DNA from: Cyanobacteria bacterium auto_48_18
Lineage (GTDB): Bacteria > Cyanobacteriota > Vampirovibrionia > Obscuribacterales > Obscuribacteraceae
Length of the DNA: 64,000 nucleotides
Direction of reading: 5' to 3'
Assembly: GCA_036170915.1 (NCBI GenBank)
Contig: JAVHQC010000022.1
Span: 383,420 to 447,419 of the forward strand
The translations under genes were made by a program, and so were the position numbers. The notes under the pieces are model-generated. The model was not told where the DNA came from and did no database searches. It saw only the letters and a list, made by a program, of their open reading frames with translations. Below are positions 54,881 to 63,757 of this stretch, in pieces; the stretch's first letter is position 1; each line of letters begins with the position of its first letter.

Positions 54881-57112
54881 TTGGCATCCCCTACTCAATC
54901 CGACGATAATCGTGAACCTGGCCAGCGCTCAGACAGCGCTGGCACTACTTCTGGCCATGCTCCTGGTAGTGTTCCGGGCCATGCACCAGGTATCGAAGGA
55001 CAGCTAAGGCCTGGCGACAAAGTAGACGACTACGAAATCGTGTCGCTTCTGGGTGTAGGCGGCATGGGCTACGTCTACAAAGTGCATCACACCATTTTGC
55101 AAAAAGACTATGCCCTCAAGACTCTTAGCCCCGACAAAATAACTGAGAATTCCTGGTATAGATTGCAGCAAGAGGCTCAGGCCATTGCGCGCATGACGCA
55201 TCCAAATGTGATTGCCATTCACAATTTAGGTATGCATCTGGGCATTTTGCCGTTTTATGTAATGGATTTGCTCGAAGGCGAAAATCTAGCTGATTTAATC
55301 GAACGCACAGGACCGCTGCCTTTAGAAACTGCTTTGCCTATTTTTATCGCAGTCAGTAAGGGTCTGGGTTACGCACATAAAAAAGGAATTGTGCATCGCG
55401 ACGTCAAGCCAGGCAATATTGTTTTACTCGATGCCCCAGACGCCAGCGGTTCAAGAGTGAAGCTTGTAGACTTCGGCGTGGCCAAGCTTTCTGGAGGCAC
55501 GGCCGACAAGCAAAATCTCACTGCTGCCGGAGAAATTTTTGGCAGTCCATATTATATGAGCCCCGAACAGTGTGAAGGAAAAAAGGTTGACGGGCGCTCG
55601 GACATTTACTCTCTGGGTTGTACATTCTTTGAGATTTTGACCGGGGCTCCGCCTTTTCGCGGCGCAAACCCCATTCAAACCATGATGATGCACCAGACGC
55701 AGACGCCGCCGACCTTGACGCAAGTGACCGGCGGCAAATATTTTCCTGAGCCCATGGAAACATTGATTGCTGAAATGTTAGCCAAGGCGCCCATGGATCG
55801 TTATCAAAATCTCGACGAGGTAGTGAACGAGCTTTGTTTAATTGAAGAAGAGAAAGACTTCAAGCCGCAGCCGGAAGTTACCGGTGGGCGCAATCGAAGC
55901 AATAAAGATCGCGATAGAGACAACGAAAATGGCTCAGATAGTGGCAACCCGCATAACCTTACTGTGTTGGTGTTGAAAATTTGTCTTTCGCTGATCATAA
56001 TTTTTTCGGTGTCAGGAACGATTATTTACCTGATGACTAACAATTTTCAGGTGCCATTCCGTGATGGTGAAAGCCGCTCTGTGAGCGTGGCTCCGAGTGT
56101 GCCGGAAACTACGTCTTCTCCTTCTACAACTTCTTCTAGCGCAAGTTCTGATGATGACAAAGCTGAGGATTCAACTGCGAATGCTACTGCAAATGCTACT
56201 GCAAATGCCACTGCAAATGCCACTCCGAGCGCTACTCTAAGCACTACTCTAGGCACCGCCACTGGTGCCACTTCTCAGGCAAGTCCAAGCAAGCCTTACT
56301 ATGCGGGTATTGAAGAGCATGGCGATGTTAAGTATAAGATTTTTGAATTTCCCAATGCTCGTAGCTTCGGCAAATTAATTTCACGCAATTATGACAGTAT
56401 TGAGCAAGAGGCTAAGGGGCGTCAGCTCGTGCATGCCGACGCTGAGTTGCTATTGCGTTGTAATAACGAGGTGACCCTGAATCCTTCGCTATTGGATGGT
56501 TTTGGTCCATCAGATTTATTTGAAATTGAGTGTATAGACCTCTTTCGTGTCCGCAATGAGTTTATTCAACATGTGGCCAGGCTGAGCAATTTAAGGGGCT
56601 TACGTATTGAGACCGGCGAAATTGATGATGAGAGCTTGAAGTATATTGATCAGTTGAGTGAACTTAAAGCCTTGCATTTAAATCAGACGAAAATTCTCGG
56701 TAGCAATCTGGCCAAGCTTGGCCGCATTCATAAATTGAAACGAGTCACTTTTGCTGCGGGCTATGAGACCTCGGCTCTCCTGGCCGCTCTAGCTAACTCG
56801 CAGTCCCTGACTGAATTAAATGTCGAAAACGCACTTTTAAGTCCGCAAGATTTTAAGGCAATTGCCACAATGACTCGTCTTACAGATTTGACTGTTAATG
56901 CCACGGGGCTTACTAACGCCGACATGGAAGTAATTTCAACTTTGCCTCGATTGAAAATTCTCGATGCTGGCTTCTGTTTGATCGATGCTAATTGTCTTAA
57001 ATCGTGCAAAAAAATGAAAGCTCTGGTGCAGCTGCAATTGAGTGGCGATAACTGGCGTGAGGGTGATACAGCCGCTTTTGCGTCAGCTCTCAAGTCGGTT
57101 ACGGTACGCTAG
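54881..57112 (+). CDS. Hanks-type Ser/Thr kinase - TM - Ser/Thr/Ala linker - leucine-rich repeat protein
   Basis: LGVGGMG, ALK, HRDVKPGN, DFG, GSPYYMSPE, DIYSLG; TM segment; LRRs; paralog of 40888-42930. Confidence 0.93.
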   Translation: MASPTQSDDNREPGQRSDSAGTTSGHAPGSVPGHAPGIEGQLRPGDKVDDYEIVSLLGVGGMGYVYKVHHTILQKDYALKTLSPDKITENSWYRLQQEAQAIARMTHPNVIAIHNLGMHLGILPFYVMDLLEGENLADLIERTGPLPLETALPIFIAVSKGLGYAHKKGIVHRDVKPGNIVLLDAPDASGSRVKLVDFGVAKLSGGTADKQNLTAAGEIFGSPYYMSPEQCEGKKVDGRSDIYSLGCTFFEILTGAPPFRGANPIQTMMMHQTQTPPTLTQVTGGKYFPEPMETLIAEMLAKAPMDRYQNLDEVVNELCLIEEEKDFKPQPEVTGGRNRSNKDRDRDNENGSDSGNPHNLTVLVLKICLSLIIIFSVSGTIIYLMTNNFQVPFRDGESRSVSVAPSVPETTSSPSTTSSSASSDDDKAEDSTANATANATANATANATPSATLSTTLGTATGATSQASPSKPYYAGIEEHGDVKYKIFEFPNARSFGKLISRNYDSIEQEAKGRQLVHADAELLLRCNNEVTLNPSLLDGFGPSDLFEIECIDLFRVRNEFIQHVARLSNLRGLRIETGEIDDESLKYIDQLSELKALHLNQTKILGSNLAKLGRIHKLKRVTFAAGYETSALLAALANSQSLTELNVENALLSPQDFKAIATMTRLTDLTVNATGLTNADMEVISTLPRLKILDAGFCLIDANCLKSCKKMKALVQLQLSGDNWREGDTAAFASALKSVTVR
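56174..56221 (+). repeat. In-frame 12-bp tandem repeat x4 encoding (TANA)4
   Basis: ACTGCGAATGCT ACTGCAAATGCT ACTGCAAATGCC ACTGCAAATGCC. Confidence 0.9.
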
Positions 57113-57117
57113 AGAAG

Positions 57118-57600
57118 TTGAATCAAACGGGTGGGGATCTAGATAGAAGGTCAATGATTGATTTCGAAGAATTGATTGCCGAACGGGGTTCGTCAAACTG
57201 GCAAAAGGAAAGTCCTGGTTCGCCTTCGTCCATTCAACTTCTCCAACAGGAATGTCCGTTTCCACTCCCGGCGGAATATGTCGAGTTCCTGCTATATAGT
57301 GATGGAGCCTATGCCGAGCTACCCGTTGACCCGCTCTGGTGTGTTCTTTTTCCTGCGAACAAAGTTATGAGTACAAATATTTTGTGGGGAACTTTTGATG
57401 ACCTACCTGGCTATTTGGTCATTGGAACAAATGGAGGCGGATGCGCTCTATTATTTAAAGTGTCAGAAGGCTCTTGGCCCGTTTATTGGACTGATGAAAT
57501 CTATTTTGGGCTAGAACCAGAACTCGTAGCAAACAGTTTCATTGAATTTGTTTGTATGTTAGGAAGGTCTGAGGACTCGGTAGTAAATGCTGCTGAATAG
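57118..57600 (+). CDS. SMI1/KNR4 (SUKH) family protein
   Basis: PLPAEYVEFLLYSDG, LVIGTNGGG, VYW, VANSFIEF; ATG alternative at 57154. Confidence 0.85.
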   Translation: MNQTGGDLDRRSMIDFEELIAERGSSNWQKESPGSPSSIQLLQQECPFPLPAEYVEFLLYSDGAYAELPVDPLWCVLFPANKVMSTNILWGTFDDLPGYLVIGTNGGGCALLFKVSEGSWPVYWTDEIYFGLEPELVANSFIEFVCMLGRSEDSVVNAAE

Positions 57601-57640
57601 CGGTTTCAACTGTTATGTGCCTGATGCAGCTCTCTACGAT

Positions 57641-59002
57641 TTAAACAGCTGGTCCAACGCCCGCTAGTTTTTTCTCGGCCAATTTTTTCGCAGCCGGAGT
57701 TTTCAAATAACTAGCAGCGCTGTTGCGCAAAATCGTTGCCGTTGCGTGTTTAGAACCGAGCCAGAGAGCCCTTGAGGCATCGTTGTACGATTGTTGATAA
57801 AGCCCAAGCTTTAGCGCTGCCAGGCTGCGCATTTCGTAGCCGCCAGGTTTAGTAAATTGTTGTTTGATATATTTGTCGGCACAGGCAAAGGCCTCTTGCC
57901 ACCGCTGTTGTTTTGCCAGCTGCACAAATTGGTCAGGCGCGCTGGTGGCAACTTTAGCACCAGAGTTATTTTTTGACTTGTCTAAAACTATGGCTGAAGC
58001 GACAACAGCCGTTGGTTTCGTCAACGTGCGTAAACTCTTACCTTTAATTGCCAGAGCTGTAGAAGGCCTTGTGCCCTCTGCGATTTCCATTTCGTTTTCG
58101 CCTTTATCGTAATGAGAGCAACCATAGCTGGTGTAAGCAGCTGTGTCGAAATTGCTGTAGTCGGCAAAAATAAAAGCTTTGCTGGCCATGCGCTCATGCA
58201 TGATTTTGTCAGTTGTTTTAAAAGCTGCGTAGGGCAAATCATGGTGCGGATCTTCCACCGCCTTAATTGCTTCTTTATCGCTGATGCAATCGGCCAGATC
58301 TTTTCTATTCTTATAAATGTGCTGAGCATCAAAGCCTTGTAAGTGGCTGCGGGCAACGGTTTCTTGTGAGTGCGTGGCCAGATGTTCCAGGTGCAAACGC
58401 TTAAATAATTCAGCTTTGTGCGCAGGCGTGATCGCCTTATCTTCCCAAATATAATTGAGCTTTTCGGCTAGTGCCAGTTCGCAAGATAGGTCGGCAGAGT
58501 TCCAGAACCCGGGCAGGCAATGAAGAACGGTGCCATCGGCGGTCATGACAAAAGTTTGCAAATTATGCGGGCCGGCACCATTGGTGGTGTTAACCGCTGT
58601 GCCGTCGATAGGGTGCACCCCTGAATCTCCGGCATAACCTTCTTGCATAATGTTTTTATAGCCGCAAACGAAACGATTGCGCAATGTTGTAAAAGTGGGT
58701 TCTTGTGAAAGCGACACGGCTCTCAAGCTATTGCCGGCACTTCACGTAAAGCCGTCGATGTTGCCGAGCATGTGAATCCATACGATCAGCTTATGTTCTT
58801 TTTTTGCCTGTTCTTTGGCTGCATCTAGTGACGTCAGCCAGTTGATTTTTGAGCAGACAAGTTTTGATTGCGTCTGCGCTACACTGCCGGGCAAAACCGC
58901 AGGCAGCGCCGCCAGATTCTCAGCGGCAACAACCGGCGCTGTAATTTGCCAGGCGACTAAACCCAGACTGAGTGACAATGACGCTATCTTGTTGGTCAGC
59001 AT
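57641..59002 (-). CDS. Probable secreted selenoprotein (SelN-like thioredoxin fold plus C-terminal TPR-like region), 453 aa, in-frame UGA at 58742-58744
   Basis: Two track ORFs share a frame separated by one TGA: WLTSLDAAKEQAKKEHKLIVWIHMLGNIDGFT-U-SAGNSLRAVSLSQEPTFTTLRNRFV; hairpin directly 3' of the UGA. Confidence 0.75.
58706..58744 (-). promoter_or_regulatory. Candidate bacterial SECIS element
   Basis: UGAAGUG pairs with CGCUUUCA; upper stem CGGC/GCCG, or GCU-[UGAG]-AGC with the loop starting 16 nt after the UGA and G at loop position 2. Confidence 0.5.
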
Positions 59003-59041
59003 GACCTTAGTATAAGGCCAATCGCCAGATAGTCTATGTTG

Positions 59042-60859
59042 CTAGAAACCATTTTGTGGAGCCAACACGGGCGCCGGCACATTAATGTCTGGGCGCGCAG
59101 TCAATCGCAGCAGTTCAGGATTTTGAATATACGGATGCGGTGCAACCGGTTTGAAGTATTGTTGCAAGGCCTCGACTGAGATTCCGGCAGCGCGAGCGGC
59201 TTCTAGTTTTTCACCGGCAATCAAATTGGCTTTGGCAAACTGTTCGATGCCAGCGCGGTATCCCGAAAGTATGGCTTCATCTTTCTGATTGGCGTTCAAC
59301 AAAAATTTGAGAGAGTGAAAACTGTTGACCTCAGGGCGAATGACGATACCGGCGCTTTCGGCCAGACCGTTCTGACCTTTCTCAAAATTTCCGCTCAAAT
59401 ATTTGGCAAATAAATAGAGGCCCTTGTTCACGTATGACATAGCGCCTACAGGCAAACTGGCAATAACGTTGTCTGTGTGCACACCAAAGTGGGTGCTGAC
59501 CATCTGTGTGGGGCATTTGCCGAAGCGACCAAGGGCACCGTCAAACAAGCGCCGCCCGAGATATGTGACCGATTCGAGCAGAGCGGGAATGGCACAGGTG
59601 GCACGTATGGCGTCGCCTACCTGAGCTGGCTGGTTGGAAATTAAATGGCGATTGTGGCCCCTGGTGTATTCGACAACACCGTTTTTGGTGAACATCACTT
59701 CGCTTTCGCGGCCAACGGCCATGGTCCAGAATTTTGCGGGCCATTCTTTGACGTGCAACTCGGTCAATTCGCCAAGTTTGCTCGACCCATAAATGCCGTC
59801 TTGCAGTAAGTCGATTTTTTTGTTCTCGCGTAGCAGTGGCGTGAGCAATTTCTTTTTGTCGATCAGACCAGAGAAGTCTGTCATCTTGGCCAGTTCGATC
59901 ATTTTGTAGGAAGGTAATTCAGCGGCAGCCATAACCGCAGGTATAGCCCCGCCACTGACACCACCAATGGTGTCAAGTTTAATTTCGGCGGCGCGGCAGG
60001 CTAAAATTACACCAGTGCTGGTCAGGCCCGCTTTTGAGCCGCCACTGCCGCAGACCAGGTGCCATCCTCGTTCTGTAGATTGTCCAGCTGTGGCTACAGC
60101 CTGTCTGTCTTTGATAATAGCGCTGGTGAGCGATGCATGGTCAGCTGAGCGCGAACGCTCACCCAGGGTGGAAAAGCCTTTGCTGAATGCCATTCCCACG
60201 CCGTGAAAAGCTGCATTGGTGAGGCCGAATCCGGCAGCGGCCATGGCCGTGCGCTCCAGGCTGGCGGCCTCTCCTGTTTTAATCAGTGAGTTGGCTTGCT
60301 CTGTCACCACTCCACCTAAGATGCCTGAGGTGAGCGCGGCGCTGATGCCTTTTTCTGAAGCGATCAGACCAGTTTTGGTCAGCAGCTTGGGGCCGTATTC
60401 GAAAGCGGCTATGGCGCTTGCGCCAGTAACTGCATGGGCAAGTCTGTCTTTGTTGTCTTGGCCCTGTTTCAGTGGTTCTACGGCTCCTATTAAGCCACCG
60501 GCGGCCACTGGGGCAAAACTGCTCACTCCAGGAGCCCGCTTAATCAGTGCTGTGGCGGCGATGAAGACTGTGGCACTGCCCACCAATTCGCCGGCGATGT
60601 AGGCCTTTGATTGCGCTTGTTTGGCTTGTTCGGCCATTTCTTGCGGCGAGTCGGTTTTTCCGGTGATGAGCTGGCTTGTGCCTTTGAAGGGAGCCACTAG
60701 CTTGTGTGCCACGCCCGAGCCAAAGTTAGAAAGCACACCGGCTTCGGTGTCACTGTCATTGGAGTTTTGTCTATTCTCAGGTGCGGGGCGGTCGATGGGC
60801 ATTTTTTGAGCGGAAATAATGGGGGACATTCCCATAGTAGTTAAATATTGACAAGTCAC
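59042..60859 (-). CDS. Patatin-like phospholipase with Gly/Ala-rich hydrophobic N-terminal region
   Basis: GSGGSKAG oxyanion loop, GVSGG nucleophile, AIRATCAIP, FDGA; no classical signal peptide. Confidence 0.85.
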   Translation of the reverse strand: MTCQYLTTMGMSPIISAQKMPIDRPAPENRQNSNDSDTEAGVLSNFGSGVAHKLVAPFKGTSQLITGKTDSPQEMAEQAKQAQSKAYIAGELVGSATVFIAATALIKRAPGVSSFAPVAAGGLIGAVEPLKQGQDNKDRLAHAVTGASAIAAFEYGPKLLTKTGLIASEKGISAALTSGILGGVVTEQANSLIKTGEAASLERTAMAAAGFGLTNAAFHGVGMAFSKGFSTLGERSRSADHASLTSAIIKDRQAVATAGQSTERGWHLVCGSGGSKAGLTSTGVILACRAAEIKLDTIGGVSGGAIPAVMAAAELPSYKMIELAKMTDFSGLIDKKKLLTPLLRENKKIDLLQDGIYGSSKLGELTELHVKEWPAKFWTMAVGRESEVMFTKNGVVEYTRGHNRHLISNQPAQVGDAIRATCAIPALLESVTYLGRRLFDGALGRFGKCPTQMVSTHFGVHTDNVIASLPVGAMSYVNKGLYLFAKYLSGNFEKGQNGLAESAGIVIRPEVNSFHSLKFLLNANQKDEAILSGYRAGIEQFAKANLIAGEKLEAARAAGISVEALQQYFKPVAPHPYIQNPELLRLTARPDINVPAPVLAPQNGF

Positions 60860-60869
60860 AACACGGTTA

Positions 60870-62531
60870 TTACGGGCCCGCTGGGGCAGTGCCGCGCAGC
60901 GGCAGCGTCACCGGGGTGAGACCAGCTAGAGAAATCTTGTGTTTTTTGATGAAGAGCCTGAATGCAGCCTGATTGGGCAAAATCGCCGACACCGGATACG
61001 CGGTCACCGCCGGCAGCCGCTTGGCCAAATTTTTAATATAGTTACTAAAGAAAGGGTCGAGCTCAGCGGCCGGGAGATCAAATGCCGCTTCCACGTAAGT
61101 GTCATATTTGCCTTTGAGCTGAAGTTGCCCGAGGTCGAGGTAGCGCTTTAACTTGCCGCGCTCTAAAAGAAATGATCCGGCTAGCGCCTGAGCGCCTTGC
61201 TGGCGGTTAGAGGGTGTGCGGCAGATGATGTCAGAAAATTTCCAGTCAATAAATTCAGGCGGAAGTTGACGAGCCATGGTGGGAGCCTCAAAGCCGCTGT
61301 ACAGCACGGCATGGCCACCTTGGCGATAACCATAGACCGTCTCGAGCGCTCGAGGGATGCCTTCTTGCGCCCAGGGGTAAAAGCGCAAGCCGTAGTCTAG
61401 CAGAGCGTTGTGCGTCAATTCATGAAAGAGGGTGCTGCGATAAGAGAGCCCGCAAGTAGAAATTAAATTGAGGCGTTCACTGGTTTGACCGAGATTGCTG
61501 GTTGATACTCGCCTTTCGGTTTTGTTGGCAATGTATTTTTGATGCTGTTTGCAGTTGTCCCAGGCGTAGACGCAAACAGGATATTGAGCGGTGAGCTTGC
61601 ATACTTTTTTGTCTAGGAACCGCAAGAACAGCTCAGCGTCTTCACCATAGCTCTTAAGTGCGGCACCCCCTGTGTTAGACAAAATAATCAAATGGCGAGT
61701 GTCTAAGCGGTGTTTGAACGACTGGTGGTCAGGCGAAAACGAATTATTTAAACAAACCGAAAGTGGCTGATTTTCGGTGCCGCTTTGATAACCGAGGTCG
61801 ATTGACTCTTGTGCGGCTGCAGCGGACGATTTGTGGTCGCTGATAGCCTTGAACTCTTTTACCTGATGGGCTTGTACTATGCCGCCGGCACCTCTAGGAT
61901 CAAGGGCCAGAGCGGCTTTGAGATTTTTTAATGCCTCAGCGTGATCACCTTTGGCACTGCAGATTTGGGCCAGGCCATCATAGATAACTGCTTTAGCGAT
62001 GGGCAATTGCGGCGGCACTGTGTTCAATGCGCGCAGCAAATTTGACTTAGCCTGGTCATATTGTTTTTCAATCAAACCCAGCTGACCAGCCGCTAAATGT
62101 AAATCGTAGCGATCGGCTTTGAGTAAGGCTTTGCGGCAAAGTTCAAGGGCTTCTTTGGGGCGGCGCAATCTTTGCAAAATGTCGACTTTTAGGGCCATCA
62201 AGTCAATGTTTTCAGGCTCGCCGGCCAGGGCGGCATCGACCACAGGGAGCGCGTTTTCAGGCTCGTTGCAGGCCACGTATGAGCGCGCTAATATCCAGCG
62301 GGCCTCGCGTACGTGATTGTTGTTTTTAATATAGACAGGCGCTTTGCGAATGCAGCGCGCCCACTGATTATGCTGATAGAGGTCCACAACTTCGCCGAAG
62401 CGGTCAATTTTTTCTGCTGCCGGTTTTATTGTCGGAGCGGGTGCAGGTACCTTGGTAGGCAGGTTGGTGCAACCACCTGTTGCCAGGCAAAGGGCGGCAA
62501 CTAATGGCAGAAGCGATATTTGACGCAGCAA
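60870..62531 (-). CDS. Lipoprotein with TPRs and C-terminal gluzincin-like peptidase domain
   Basis: Lipobox-like GGC; TPR helices; HELTH...PWAQEG (HExxH plus downstream E). Confidence 0.75.
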   Translation of the reverse strand: MLRQISLLPLVAALCLATGGCTNLPTKVPAPAPTIKPAAEKIDRFGEVVDLYQHNQWARCIRKAPVYIKNNNHVREARWILARSYVACNEPENALPVVDAALAGEPENIDLMALKVDILQRLRRPKEALELCRKALLKADRYDLHLAAGQLGLIEKQYDQAKSNLLRALNTVPPQLPIAKAVIYDGLAQICSAKGDHAEALKNLKAALALDPRGAGGIVQAHQVKEFKAISDHKSSAAAAQESIDLGYQSGTENQPLSVCLNNSFSPDHQSFKHRLDTRHLIILSNTGGAALKSYGEDAELFLRFLDKKVCKLTAQYPVCVYAWDNCKQHQKYIANKTERRVSTSNLGQTSERLNLISTCGLSYRSTLFHELTHNALLDYGLRFYPWAQEGIPRALETVYGYRQGGHAVLYSGFEAPTMARQLPPEFIDWKFSDIICRTPSNRQQGAQALAGSFLLERGKLKRYLDLGQLQLKGKYDTYVEAAFDLPAAELDPFFSNYIKNLAKRLPAVTAYPVSAILPNQAAFRLFIKKHKISLAGLTPVTLPLRGTAPAGP

Positions 62532-62633
62532 TTCTTTGTTCTGGAGACTTATTACTCGCTTATCTTATCTTGCTTGACAGAATAAGAGTAAGAGCATTAG
62601 CTTTAAGCCGCTAGCTTAGCTTTTCAGGATTCA

Positions 62634-63230
62634 ATGACAGATACTCAGCCTTCGCCAATTTCTGCCAGCGCCGAAGATGTGGCGCGTCAAAAGTTGGTTC
62701 ATATTTTGCAGCTGGCTTACTCGGGCGAAAAAGCTGCCACCATGGCCTATGCCGGTCACTGGCGGTCGCTTAAGGCGGGCACCGAGCGTGATACCATAAA
62801 ACGCATCGAGAAAGAAGAGATTGAGCATAGGCAAGCGGTGGGTCGCATGCTAAAAATGCTCAACGCCAGCCCTGCCTGGTGGCGCGAGATTTTGATGAGC
62901 GTCATTGGCTCTGTGGCGGCAATTGGTTGCTTTTTTAGTGGCTGGTTTTTGCCCATGTATTTTGCCGGCAAGCTAGAAAACGAAAACGTCAGAGAATACG
63001 ATGTTGCTGCCGGTTACGCTCACACAATCAAGCTAGACGAGCTTTTGCCTGAGCTACACGAGATGTCGCGCACAGAAGCCGAACACGAGTTGTTTTTCAG
63101 TAGTTGTGTCGCTAACCACTGGATGCTTAAGCCCGCCAGGCGGCTTTTTGGCTGGGATCCGTTGCTGGTTATTGAGAGCCATAAAACTAACGCCGCCGAA
63201 GCCTTTGACGGCTCGCAGCTCGATAGTTAA
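62634..63230 (+). CDS. Ferritin-like di-iron protein (COQ7/demethoxyubiquinone hydroxylase-like family)
   Basis: AYSGEKAA..AY.GH, EIEH, KLE...VREY, EAEH: two E...ExxH pairs. Confidence 0.8.
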   Translation: MTDTQPSPISASAEDVARQKLVHILQLAYSGEKAATMAYAGHWRSLKAGTERDTIKRIEKEEIEHRQAVGRMLKMLNASPAWWREILMSVIGSVAAIGCFFSGWFLPMYFAGKLENENVREYDVAAGYAHTIKLDELLPELHEMSRTEAEHELFFSSCVANHWMLKPARRLFGWDPLLVIESHKTNAAEAFDGSQLDS

Positions 63231-63311
63231 AGCCAAATTAAGAACTTGCGGGCTTGTCAAGCGATTGGCTAAGATAGTGAAACTCTGTTAGTTTGGCGGT
63301 AATTTTAGACA

Positions 63312-63689
63312 ATGGATCCTCTGGTGCTTTTCTTAGTTTTTGCCATTTGCGGCTTCTTTGTGGTGCACAAGCTCTCAGATGCCTGCGAGACGTTCGACGT
63401 CTTTTCGGGTCGCATTTTTGACACCAGACACAGCGCTGAACACATCAACTTTGAATTTAACGGCATCTTTCATGTGCTTCTTGGCTCAGTGGTTCTGGTC
63501 TTTCTCATATTTGTCGTATCAGCCTTTTCCGAATTAGGTACTCCGTCGCGTGTTTTCGTGCCTATTGATCACTCCCACTCACACTCGCACTCACATACCG
63601 CCAGCCATCACCACAACCACAAAACTGTAGTGGCGGCTAAGCATAAAGCGGCTGCGCCTCACGTTGTGCATCCGAAAGTAAGTAAATGA
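63312..63689 (+). CDS. Small two-TM membrane protein with His-rich C-terminal tail
   Basis: Two hydrophobic segments, then DHSHSHSHSHTASHHHNH. Confidence 0.65.
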   Translation: MDPLVLFLVFAICGFFVVHKLSDACETFDVFSGRIFDTRHSAEHINFEFNGIFHVLLGSVVLVFLIFVVSAFSELGTPSRVFVPIDHSHSHSHSHTASHHHNHKTVVAAKHKAAAPHVVHPKVSK

Positions 63690-63704
63690 GCTTTGCTCTT
63701 GGCG

Positions 63705-63734
63705 TGATCATCAACCGTTAACGGTTGATGATCA
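63705..63734. repeat. Perfect 30-bp palindrome
   Basis: TGATCATCAACCGTT|AACGGTTGATGATCA with no spacer. Confidence 0.9.
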
Positions 63735-63757
63735 TCGATGGGTATATGAAATAGACC

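Noticed and set aside
57641..59002. Treating 58742-59002 and 57641-58726 as two genes or as a nonsense pseudogene
   Set aside because: Same frame, single TGA at a predicted redox-site position, continuous fold across the codon, a downstream hairpin and no other lesions; Sec read-through fits better, although a pseudogene is not formally excluded.
350..63537. The many 60-170-aa ORFs in the track nested in or antisense to longer genes (for example 6952-7467, 13806-14294, 45642-46052, 49453-49920, 53609-54070)
   Set aside because: Shadow frames of well-supported genes with no motifs or ribosome-binding sites.
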